From contig CAVPNL010000015.1 in assembly GCA_963706575.1 (NCBI GenBank), positions 352,001-416,000 on the forward strand: a stretch of 64,000 nucleotides of DNA. Reading direction: 5' to 3'. Numbering within the stretch: the first letter of the stretch is position 1; each line of letters starts with the position of its first letter. This document shows positions 1-8,058 of this stretch, one piece after another. Under the pieces are notes generated by a model that had not been told where the DNA came from, ran no database searches, and saw nothing but the letters and a program-made list of their open reading frames with translations. Position numbers and translations under genes: made by a program. This DNA is from an uncultured delta proteobacterium. GTDB taxonomy: Bacteria; Desulfobacterota; Desulfobacteria; Desulfobacterales; JAHEIW01.

Positions 1-97
1 TCATCACCGCAAAAATAATTGCACTCAGCCACCCGTTTGAAATGCCTGCAGTGGAATAAACGGGTACATAATTTAAACAATTTAAGGAGGAAAATCG

Positions 98-241
98 ATG
101 GAAGCTTATTGTGTAAAATGCAAGGCAAAGAGAGAAATGAAAGACCCTAAAGAAATAACGATGAAAAACGGCCGGCCTGCAACCCAGGGCGTGTGCCCGA
201 CTTGCGGCACTAAGATGTTCAGGATAGGCAAGAGCAAATAA
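98..241 (+). CDS. 47-aa zinc-ribbon-like small protein (DUF5679-like)
   Basis: Not in ORF track. AAGGAGG RBS, then ATG at 98. Translates MEAYCVKCKAKREMKDPKEITMKNGRPATQGVCPTCGTKMFRIGKSK* with two CxxC motifs. Confidence 0.9.
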   Translation: MEAYCVKCKAKREMKDPKEITMKNGRPATQGVCPTCGTKMFRIGKSK

Positions 242-357
242 GGCTGCCGGTCTCGCATTTTTACGCCATTTAATAAATATCAATCGGAACGCGAATCGCG
301 AGACGCTGCATTTTGTTTCAAAGTATGGCACAACGCGTTCGGTTAAAAATTTTACTG

Positions 358-400
358 TGAATTAACTCCGGTGGCAGTCGCTGCCGGAGTTAATTCATTT
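358..400 (+). terminator. Hairpin, probable intrinsic terminator
   Basis: TGAATTAACTCCGG (358-371) / CCGGAGTTAATTCA (384-397), a perfect 14-bp stem with a short T run after it. Confidence 0.6.
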
Positions 401-507
401 AGGCCGGATGAATACCTCCGTATGTCTGAAGAAATGTTTTTTTCATCGCAGAAGAACATTCCTTAGTGACCATCTGCAATTCCACTTTCAATAAAGATCG
501 CAATTTG

Positions 508-930
508 ATGAGACATCGCTTATTCGTATATGGAACTCTTAAAAAAGGATTTCCGAATCACGACAATTATTTGGAATCCGCCAAGCATCTGGGCAAATAT
601 CAAACGGTTGAGAAGTATCCCCTGGTTCTTTGCGGCGCGCGCTATGTTCCCTGCATGATTTATCGGCCGGGAGAAGGTCATCATGTTGAAGGGGAACTCT
701 ATGAAGTTGACGACGAATGCCTAACTAGGGTAGATGCATTAGAGCGCATACAGGATTCAGATGGTTACAGACGAACCGTTATCCGTGTCAGATCAAGTGG
801 GCGTATACATCAGGATATCAAAGAAGCACAGGCATATTTCATGCTACCTGAGCAAATAACAGATTGCCGATCCAACGATTTGAAGACTTACGGATTGGAG
901 GAGGCCAAGAAGTACACCCCAAGAAAATGA
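508..930 (+). CDS. Gamma-glutamylcyclotransferase (AIG2-like) family protein
   Basis: LFVYGTLKKG motif, VEGELYEV, and DALE...YRR. ATG 508 preferred over the upstream GTG at 466. Confidence 0.88.
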   Translation: MRHRLFVYGTLKKGFPNHDNYLESAKHLGKYQTVEKYPLVLCGARYVPCMIYRPGEGHHVEGELYEVDDECLTRVDALERIQDSDGYRRTVIRVRSSGRIHQDIKEAQAYFMLPEQITDCRSNDLKTYGLEEAKKYTPRK

Positions 931-1011
931 AAGCATTTACCGGTTTCAAATGACAATTAACGCCTGATTGAGCGTTTTCCGCTCAATTATGGCATGAGGA
1001 GGGACGACCAG

Positions 1012-1302
1012 ATGCCTGCCTACATGATTGCCAGAGTCAATGTAACTGATTGGGACCAATACAACGAATACATGAAAGTGACGCCGGGGATCATTGCAAA
1101 ATATGACGGCCGCTTCATTGTCCGCGGGGGAGAAATGGTCACCCTCGAGGGCCCGGAGGAAAAATGGCGGGTCGTTGTGGTTGAATTCCCCGACCTTGCA
1201 AAAGCCAAGGAATTCTACTATTCGCCGGAATACACCGATGCCAAAAAGATTCGCGAAGGCGCAGCACTGGCACAATTTGTCGCCATTTCGGGTGTCGAAT
1301 AG
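1012..1302 (+). CDS. DUF1330 domain protein
   Basis: YDGRFIVRGG...LEG...VVVVEFP...FYYSPEY...R signature. GAGGAGG RBS upstream of ATG 1012. Confidence 0.9.
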   Translation: MPAYMIARVNVTDWDQYNEYMKVTPGIIAKYDGRFIVRGGEMVTLEGPEEKWRVVVVEFPDLAKAKEFYYSPEYTDAKKIREGAALAQFVAISGVE

Positions 1303-1315
1303 ATCCCTAACCACC

Positions 1316-1465
1316 ATGAAAAAAATAAAAATTCGTAATGTCCGCAGAGATGATCTGAAACATCTGCTGGAATTAAACCAGTCCAATTTGCCTCATGTCG
1401 GCTCGCTTCAAATCAAGCAGGTGGTCCTGCTGCGGTCGTCATCTCCTAACGGCGTCGTCGAATAA
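1316..1465 (+). pseudogene. Truncated GNAT acetyltransferase remnant
   Basis: MKKIKIRNVRRDDLKHLLELNQSNLPHVGSL resembles a GNAT N-terminus. The ORF stops at 49 aa with no acetyl-CoA-binding motif. Confidence 0.55.
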
Positions 1466-1543
1466 TGCCTGAATCCTGGATTCGATCATCACAACAGTAG
1501 AAGCGTTGCTTGGATCCATAACGCATTTTTGCAATCTGTAAAT

Positions 1544-2374
1544 ATGAAGAAGCTTATGATACGCCTTCCGATCTATTATCTGATCGTTGTGTCCGGCATG
1601 TATTTTTTTCAGGATTACTTTATCTACCATCCGGAAAAAACAGATTCTAAATTCATCCAAAAAGCGGCAAGAAATAGCAACTTGGGTATTTGGCCGGACG
1701 ATGTTAAAATTTACCGCGGTTTCGTATCACCGATAGAATCTGAAAAAGCCAGGGGAACCATCATCGTATTTCATGGAAACGCCGGCAGTGCCATAGACCG
1801 CTCGTACTATGTACACGCTCTGGGTCGACTGGGGTATCGCATGATAGTGGCTGAATATCCCGGCTACGGGTCACGCCCGGGAAAACCCGGTGAAAATCAA
1901 TTCACAGCGGATGCAGTCAAAACCATCCGCCTGGCGGCAAAGGAATTCGGACACCCGCTCTTTCTGCTCGGTGAATCTTTAGGATGCGGTGTGGTGTGTG
2001 CTGCCGTTGCGCAAATTGATATTTCCATCGACGCTGTTGGATTGATCACCCCCTGGGATTCTTTGCTCAACCTCGCCCGGCACAAATATTGGTTTCTACC
2101 GGTTCGCTGGATGTTAAAAGACACTTACGACAATGTAGCGAACTTGGCAGATTATCGCGGACCCGTTGCCATTATCATCGCCGAGCAGGATGAAATTATT
2201 CCGCCGCGACTGGCCAATCATTTATATGAAACTTTGCGGGGGCCGAAACGCCTGTGGACATTTCCAAATGCGGGGCACAACAGTTGGCCATCCGGCCCGC
2301 AGGAGCCATGGTGGGATGAAATGATGCGCTTTTTAAATTCAACACCAAATGACAAGGAACTAAAATCAAAATAA
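1544..2374 (+). CDS. Alpha/beta hydrolase with N-terminal membrane anchor
   Basis: FHGNAG, YPGYG, GESLG nucleophile elbow, DEII and GHN catalytic motifs. Confidence 0.9.
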   Translation: MKKLMIRLPIYYLIVVSGMYFFQDYFIYHPEKTDSKFIQKAARNSNLGIWPDDVKIYRGFVSPIESEKARGTIIVFHGNAGSAIDRSYYVHALGRLGYRMIVAEYPGYGSRPGKPGENQFTADAVKTIRLAAKEFGHPLFLLGESLGCGVVCAAVAQIDISIDAVGLITPWDSLLNLARHKYWFLPVRWMLKDTYDNVANLADYRGPVAIIIAEQDEIIPPRLANHLYETLRGPKRLWTFPNAGHNSWPSGPQEPWWDEMMRFLNSTPNDKELKSK

Positions 2375-2426
2375 CGGTTTTGATTATTTATCTTCCGTTT
2401 GGTTTGTGCTATGGGCAGTCTCACCC

Positions 2427-2580
2427 AGAAGCTATCTCAAAAATGCATCTAACGCCCAAGGGCTTTGTTGCAAACCGATTCAAAATACTCACATACTAAC
2501 GTGTATGCTCAGAGACACGCATTTTGAATCGGTTTGCGTCGCACCCTTGAACGTTATCTACGATTTTTGAGATACCTTCT
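2427..2580. repeat. ~154-bp palindromic MITE-like element
   Basis: Nested inverted repeats: TATCTCAAAAAT (2433-2444) / ATTTTTGAGATA (2563-2574) and GCAAACCGATTCAAAAT (2470-2486) / ATTTTGAATCGGTTTGC (2521-2537). Confidence 0.75.
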
Positions 2581-2605
2581 ATTGAAGCCTGAAGGAGATT
2601 TTATC

Positions 2606-2830
2606 ATGAGCGATTTTGGAGACAAGTTGATCGACTTAAGGAACAAGAGCAAGTTAAGTTTAAAAGAAATCTGTAAACAGGCCGGAATTCCGCCGTCAAG
2701 ATTGGTGGAGTTGGAAAACGGGGTGAGAATACCGACGCCCGGTCAAATCGAGCATCTTGAAAATTTGTATGGCATCAATTCCGGAGGGCTTGCCGAACTG
2801 TCCCAGGAGGTTGCAAATACCGAATGGTAA
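2606..2830 (+). CDS. XRE-family helix-turn-helix regulator
   Basis: FGDKLIDLRNKSKLSLKEICKQAGI...LENGVRIP. AAGGAG RBS before ATG 2606. Confidence 0.85.
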   Translation: MSDFGDKLIDLRNKSKLSLKEICKQAGIPPSRLVELENGVRIPTPGQIEHLENLYGINSGGLAELSQEVANTEW

Positions 2831-3179
2831 TCTAAAGCAATTAACGACGCATTAAACCTGTCACCAAAGCCTGGTCATCAGGCCTGGATATCAAGCGTTT
2901 ACGCATTGCCCACCCTAATATTGGAAAAATAAAGCTGCTAAATCCCTTTTGAAATCACTTGAAGGGCTCCGGGGAACTCCCAGGGCCCTTATCAATGCAT
3001 GGATGAAGAGCTATGGGCCATCTGATTTCGCCGGGAAAATCGATGGCTGTTTTGGGTACCCGAAGCGGCTTTCAATATGCTCTGTTAGGGTATGTCCCTA
3101 ATTTTTATTAGGAATTTCCAAGATTTGTGGTATAATTAACGGATATATGAATTGAATATCGTATCTTGGAGCAGATTCT

Positions 3180-3929
3180 ATGAAGCTTGATTGGGAATTC
3201 GGCGAGCGAATACAGTGCAGCGAGGATGAAAAGAAAGAATGCATGGCGCTGGTCGCTGATATCGTTTCCATGGCGACCAAAGCCAAACGCAACGGGTTGC
3301 TTTCCCTGGTGCAGGACGCGGAAGAAACCTCTCATTTTCTTTTGCGCAAAGGGCTGCAACAGGTTCTGGAGGGTGTCAACCCCCAGATGGTAGAAAAAAC
3401 GCTTCAGTATTATATCCTGTCCGGCAAACACCACGGCAAGGAACTTTTGATGCGCTGCATCATAATGGAAGGGGTTTTGGCCATCCAAAACGGCGTCAAC
3501 CCCACTATTATTAAAGAGTTGCTTGTATCTTTATTCGGCGAAGGCAGCTATGAGACCTATGAACGCGAATTCGGTGATGGAAAAAATAATCACCTCAAGG
3601 CCTTTTTTAAAAAAATCGAAAAGTCCAGGGCGGCAACGCCTTTAAGCTCCAAACTGGGGCATACCATTATGCAACTCAATGATCAGTCCATTCAACAATG
3701 TCTCAAAGAAATCAGCACCGTCGATCTGGCCCGGGCGCTCAAAGGTATCGAAGGCAAAGCCCAGATAAAAGTATTTAATAATTTGCCGAAACGCTCTGCG
3801 GCTATCTTACAGGAAACCGTTGAACACCTGGATTTGATGAGGGAATCCGAAATGACCGAAGCCCAGGAAAAGGTGCTTCTGATTATTTCCAGTCTTGAAG
3901 ACCGTGATGAAATTCTGGTGTCAAATTGA
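3180..3929 (+). CDS. Soluble MotA-cytoplasmic-domain / FliG C-terminal domain fusion protein
   Basis: MotA-like segments AKRNGLLSL..FLLRKGLQQVLEGVNP and IIMEGVLAIQNGVNP..IIKELL, with no TM helices. C-terminal FliG_C-like LNDQSIQQCLKEI..LARALKG..NLPKRSA..AQEKVL. Confidence 0.75.
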   Translation: MKLDWEFGERIQCSEDEKKECMALVADIVSMATKAKRNGLLSLVQDAEETSHFLLRKGLQQVLEGVNPQMVEKTLQYYILSGKHHGKELLMRCIIMEGVLAIQNGVNPTIIKELLVSLFGEGSYETYEREFGDGKNNHLKAFFKKIEKSRAATPLSSKLGHTIMQLNDQSIQQCLKEISTVDLARALKGIEGKAQIKVFNNLPKRSAAILQETVEHLDLMRESEMTEAQEKVLLIISSLEDRDEILVSN

Positions 3930-3972
3930 GTGTTACCCTTCTGTATATTCTATAGAACCCACGCTGTAAATC

Positions 3973-4653
3973 ATGGACCTCAACAATAAATTAGCCGCAC
4001 TGGATCAGATTTATCAGATCTACGATAATTTCGTCTCCGGACTGGAGTTGGCCTGCAGGAAGCATTGCGCCCACTGCTGTACCACCGGTGTTACCCTAAC
4101 CACGGTGGAGGGATACAAAATAATTAAAAAATTGGAATCCGAAGGGAATAGGCAGTGGATTGAAAAAATTGAACCGGCGGCAACTCAACCCCATTTTCAG
4201 CTTAAAATTACCACCAATCAGCTGGCCAATATGTGCGCTGAAGGCATTGAGCCGCCGGTAGAAGAAAATACCGAGTGGAATACGTGCCCCTTTCTAACGG
4301 ACGACCTGTGCCCGCTTTACACTGTCCGTCCTTTTGGCTGCCGGTGCCTGGTGTCGCGCCAGGATTGCGCCAAAGAAGGCGTTGCCGATATAGACGACTT
4401 CGTGCTTTCGGTCAACACCGTTTTTTTGCAGACCATCGAGCATCTGGATGCCGGTGGCTGTACCGCAAACCTGCTGGATGTGCTGGGGGTAATGGCGCTA
4501 AAAGAGAATCGGCAGGCCTATGCAGGCGGTAAATTGATGTGCCTGTCTGCGGGACTGATTGCAAATCAACCGCTTAAGGTGTTAATGATCCCACCGGAAC
4601 ATCGCATCAAAATGGAGCCCATCCTGAATTCGCTTCGCGAAGTTCGTATTTGA
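3973..4653 (+). CDS. YkgJ/FliB-like cysteine-cluster (CxxCxxCC-type) protein
   Basis: CRKHCAHCC ... CPFLTDDLCPLYTVRPFGCR. Confidence 0.85.
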   Translation: MDLNNKLAALDQIYQIYDNFVSGLELACRKHCAHCCTTGVTLTTVEGYKIIKKLESEGNRQWIEKIEPAATQPHFQLKITTNQLANMCAEGIEPPVEENTEWNTCPFLTDDLCPLYTVRPFGCRCLVSRQDCAKEGVADIDDFVLSVNTVFLQTIEHLDAGGCTANLLDVLGVMALKENRQAYAGGKLMCLSAGLIANQPLKVLMIPPEHRIKMEPILNSLREVRI

Positions 4654-4657
4654 TAAT

Positions 4658-4757
4658 ATTCACCGCAGAGACGCAGAGGTCGCAGAGAGAAAGTTTCTTT
4701 GCCTTGTCGCTGAGACGCACATCTCAACCCTGCGAACTCTGCGTCTCTGCGGTGAAT
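4658..4757. repeat. Inverted repeat element of CGCAGAG units, possible bidirectional terminator
   Basis: ATTCACCGCAGAGACGCAGAG (4658-4678) is the exact reverse complement of 4737-4757. Lies between convergent genes. Confidence 0.85.
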
Positions 4758-4762
4758 TTAAT

Positions 4763-6094
4763 CTACCCTTCAACCTTGAAGAACGACTCATCAAACTCGG
4801 GCCTGTCTTTGTAACGGCTAAGGAAAAAGCCCGGCAGCTGATCGATGTTCTCAAACAACCCGGCATCCGCATCGATGCCAGCCTGGTGAAGGGCCTTGAG
4901 CACGGAATTGGGTGAAGGCGGGCAACCCTTGACCGCAATCCGCTCCTGGATGTCGGGATTGTCTTTGTGGGCTTGAGACATGCATTTACCCAGCAGAATC
5001 GTTTTTTTCATTCCGGGTGTGGGTTGCATGGATTTACCGGTCAGAATCTCGACATCATCCCAGGCTTCACCCTTCCAGGCATAGCGGATCGCTGAAATCA
5101 CTATACCGTTTATCGCGGAGCAGTATGTGCACATGGAAAGGTCGTATTTACGGTAAAAAACACCTTTTAGCCCCTCTTTGGCTAACGCCAACGGCATCAT
5201 ACCGTCTTCGGTATCGTTGTATTGAAAGTCGTATTGGTGAAATTGACTCAAGCCCTCAATGTTTTCACCCAGAATTTCAACGTCACTAAGATCATGAGGC
5301 CTGTTGCGATTGCGGGCGGCATGCACCAGGTGGGGGACATCCCGCCCTTCATAGCCAAGCAGTTTTGCCCCGACCAGATCTGCCGCCAGCACATCGGATG
5401 ATGCCACCAGCAAATTGCTGCGGTGCATGCGGCCGTCCGGACCGGGCCCTCGCTCGTTGGTATAAATCCCATCTTGCAGGGTCAGCATCGGCGGCATCCG
5501 GTCGGCCAGCTTGGCGACCCAGAAATGGAGGTCTTTGTTCGGCGTCATGGTGTGGCATCGTTTGCGGGAGGGGATGTCGATGGCGCCCTTCAGGTTTTTA
5601 ATACCCAGACTCACCACTGTCTGATTGTGGGCTTTCATCACCGGCAGATCCACCACAAAGTCGCTGTTTAAAATATCGGTGTTAAAGTTCAGTTCGACAC
5701 CGTCGCCCAGGTCTACTTTTTCAAAGGGCCTTTCAAAAACATTGATATGCGTAATGCCGTACTTTTGTTTTAAAATGCCGTATCCCAGGGTCTCAAAGGC
5801 GTGGGCCAGGGTGGCGGTATCTTTGGGATTCATGGTGACGGTGCCCTCGCCGATGGTGATATCAGCGATGCCACGTTCCTTGAGCAAAATGATGATATCT
5901 TCCACGATGCGGGATGTGGTGATGACCCCCCATTTGGGGAAGGCAACGGCGCGGGTCCAGAACACAATGTTGGGCTTGATGAAAACCCTGGCCCCGGCAG
6001 GCATAGCATCCAGACCGCCCGATAGTTCGACGGCTTTGCGAACCGATTCGATCGGTTTTTCATACTTCACCACCGCAACCTTGTACTTGCTCAT
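4763..6094 (-). CDS. DUF362 domain (putative Fe-S) protein
   Basis: VFIKPN, LPVMKAH..VSLGIKNLKG, DGI..GP..G, D.LAAD. C-terminal CTYC and GCPP. Confidence 0.85.
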   Translation of the reverse strand: MSKYKVAVVKYEKPIESVRKAVELSGGLDAMPAGARVFIKPNIVFWTRAVAFPKWGVITTSRIVEDIIILLKERGIADITIGEGTVTMNPKDTATLAHAFETLGYGILKQKYGITHINVFERPFEKVDLGDGVELNFNTDILNSDFVVDLPVMKAHNQTVVSLGIKNLKGAIDIPSRKRCHTMTPNKDLHFWVAKLADRMPPMLTLQDGIYTNERGPGPDGRMHRSNLLVASSDVLAADLVGAKLLGYEGRDVPHLVHAARNRNRPHDLSDVEILGENIEGLSQFHQYDFQYNDTEDGMMPLALAKEGLKGVFYRKYDLSMCTYCSAINGIVISAIRYAWKGEAWDDVEILTGKSMQPTPGMKKTILLGKCMSQAHKDNPDIQERIAVKGCPPSPNSVLKALHQAGIDADAGLFENIDQLPGFFLSRYKDRPEFDESFFKVEG

Positions 6095-6118
6095 CAATCT
6101 TCTCCGAAAAAGATGGAA

Positions 6119-6967
6119 TTAAAAAGTTACATTGAAAAGTTTGGCGGCATTGAGACCACAAATTTGCCCCATCTCCTCATCCGACAACCCGGCAGCCTTC
6201 ATCTCCTCAAAATACGTTGCCGGGGGCAGGAGGGGAAAATCACTGCCAAACAGGATTTTTCCCGCCCCGACCAATTCAATTGCCAGGCGATAGACACTCA
6301 GGTCGTATAAGTAAGGAGAGGCGGCAGTATCAAAATACACCCTTTTCAGGCGTTGCTTAACTTCCTTTTTAAGAAGACTGAAAAAAAACAGGCCGCCGCC
6401 CCAGTGGGCCAGAACAATGTTGTTTTGTGGAAACGCATCAACCAGCTGATAGATCTGTGCCAGCGTATTGGGGGTTTTTCCAGGGTATTGATGCCCGACG
6501 GGCTCATTGGTATGAATTAAGACGGGAAGATTCCAATCTCTGCAAATATCCATGACCGGTTTGAGTCTGGCGAGTGAATCATTTTCAATCCCGCTTTGAT
6601 AAAATGCCAGCTCGCCGATTCCGGACAACCCGCCTTCCTGAAGGCACCGCTGAGTTTCTTCAGCCGACCTGTCGCTAAAAGGATCAAAACATCCCAGACC
6701 GATAAAGCGGTCCGGGTATCGGCCGACCACCTCGCTGATATAATCATTGTGCCGCTTAAAAAGTCCTTCATCTTTCCATGGAAATCCAAAAATAACGGAT
6801 TTATCCACCTGGCCGGCATCCATTGACGCCAGCATTTCCCTTGCCCCAATCAGCTTTGATTTGGGCGATTGATACAGCTTTTGAAATGCGGGTTCGTCTG
6901 AAAAATAGGCTTCTCTATTTTTGCGAATTTTTTCGGGGAATAGATGGGTATGAATATCAATGATCAT
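6119..6967 (-). CDS. Amidohydrolase family protein (TIM-barrel metallohydrolase)
   Basis: IDIHTH, GIGEL, LAHWGGG, YFDTA and LFGSDFP motifs. Confidence 0.9.
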   Translation of the reverse strand: MIIDIHTHLFPEKIRKNREAYFSDEPAFQKLYQSPKSKLIGAREMLASMDAGQVDKSVIFGFPWKDEGLFKRHNDYISEVVGRYPDRFIGLGCFDPFSDRSAEETQRCLQEGGLSGIGELAFYQSGIENDSLARLKPVMDICRDWNLPVLIHTNEPVGHQYPGKTPNTLAQIYQLVDAFPQNNIVLAHWGGGLFFFSLLKKEVKQRLKRVYFDTAASPYLYDLSVYRLAIELVGAGKILFGSDFPLLPPATYFEEMKAAGLSDEEMGQICGLNAAKLFNVTF

Positions 6968-6989
6968 CAACTTGGCGCTCCCGCTGAGT

Positions 6990-7316
6990 TTAATTATCTT
7001 CAAATATCCAAAACGATACCGCCGCGCCCGCACCGTCCAAAAACAACTGTTTAAACTTCCAAATACCTTCAGTGGTCAAAGTCAAGGGGCCCAGGATCTT
7101 AATATTCCTGGCCACGAAGACATGGTAGCCTTCCACCACAAAATATCGGTAACCCGAAGCATCCGCCGGCGCCTGGTATACCGGTTCAATCTCTTTTAAA
7201 ACGCCCTTTGGTTCAGCGCGACAAAGATTAAACGTTACGTCTGTAATTCCCTTTTTCTGCATAAATTTTTTCGCGGATGCGGAAAGCTTTATTTTTGTAA
7301 TTCCCATTGAAAACAT
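6990..7316 (-). CDS. Small hypothetical protein, possibly HesB-like / CC-Se-motif-family related
   Basis: IKLSASAKKFM..DVTF..KEIEPVYQAP..Y....VEGYHVFV pattern. Family assignment is from memory only. Confidence 0.55.
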   Translation of the reverse strand: MFSMGITKIKLSASAKKFMQKKGITDVTFNLCRAEPKGVLKEIEPVYQAPADASGYRYFVVEGYHVFVARNIKILGPLTLTTEGIWKFKQLFLDGAGAAVSFWIFEDN

Positions 7317-7396
7317 TTTGGAATTATCCTGGGGTCCTTATAAGATTTGTTTGGATGAGAGGATATTGTTATGGAAAAGGTCATCAAAATTCAAAC

Positions 7397-7437
7397 AAAA
7401 AAATAACGGCTAATCGATTTTTTTCGATTAGCCGTTA
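7397..7437 (-). terminator. Intrinsic terminator
   Basis: TAACGGCTAATCGA / TCGATTAGCCGTTA perfect stem, followed on the minus strand by seven T. Confidence 0.8.
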
Positions 7438-7473
7438 AGGAGGAGAACAGATGAAGAAATTATTAGGCTGCAA
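7397..7473 (-). ncRNA. Candidate sigma54-dependent small RNA with anti-SD/anti-AUG seed
   Basis: Bracketed by a -24/-12 promoter (7484-7500) and a 14-bp hairpin plus U7 terminator (7397-7437). Contains UUCUUCAUCUGUUCUCCUCCUU. Confidence 0.6.
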
Positions 7474-7483
7474 ATGAAGTAAC

Positions 7484-7500
7484 TGCAAAACCCTTGCCAA
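7484..7500 (-). promoter_or_regulatory. sigma54 (-24/-12) promoter
   Basis: Minus strand TTGGCAAGGGTTTTGCA (GG-N10-GC). AT-rich upstream region with an IHF-like site at 7551-7563. Confidence 0.7.
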
Positions 7501-8058
7501 AGATAATTTCGCTCGGCGAAATTATCTATTTTTATTATTTTTATTTTAAAATTCAGGTAGTTATAAATATTAAAATTCCAGCATCGCTGCTTTCACAAAT
7601 AATATGGGGCCCTAAAATTTAGGGGTTCAGTTTATAATTTTTAACCGAATATATCTGAAAATGGAAAAACCTGTTGTTTTTAAACATTTTTTTTATTATT
7701 GGGTGAGGTTCAAAATTTTGAACCACGGCTTTTTTTGCCGGGCAAAAAAAGCATAACTCATTAAAATTAATATATAAAATAGAGTTTATGGCTTTGAACC
7801 CGCCGTGTGTTAGACGGAAAAAAATCCGATAATGGATCCTAAACCGGACAAGGCAGAAATCAATATAAATCTCACGTAAAGACGTCAAAACGCCAGGTTT
7901 TTCATAAATTCCAGCGTGAAAATTTTTCGTCTTGCGAGTTTGCGCGCTTTGCCCGCCGACGCTAAAGCTATGGCGCGACACGCAGCTTTGCGTACTAGCA
8001 AATACCGAGCAATTATCAGGCCAATTTTTTATTGCAGCGCTCATATAACTTAAATCGT

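Noticed and set aside
250..340. Possible pseudoknot (GTCTCGC/GCGAGAC crossing GAACGCG/CGCGTTC) after the microprotein gene
   Set aside because: Only two 7-bp pairings with long loops and no recognisable ribozyme or riboswitch core. It could be chance.
2950..3100. GC-rich hairpins and a ~50-codon ORF upstream of the MotA-FliG chimera; considered a c-di-GMP riboswitch or 6S RNA
   Set aside because: I could not match any consensus on either strand, and the ORF lacks an RBS and recognisable motifs.
7619..8044. 141-aa minus-strand ORF in an AT-rich region
   Set aside because: No motifs and atypical composition. More likely regulatory DNA for the sigma54 promoter and the MFS gene.
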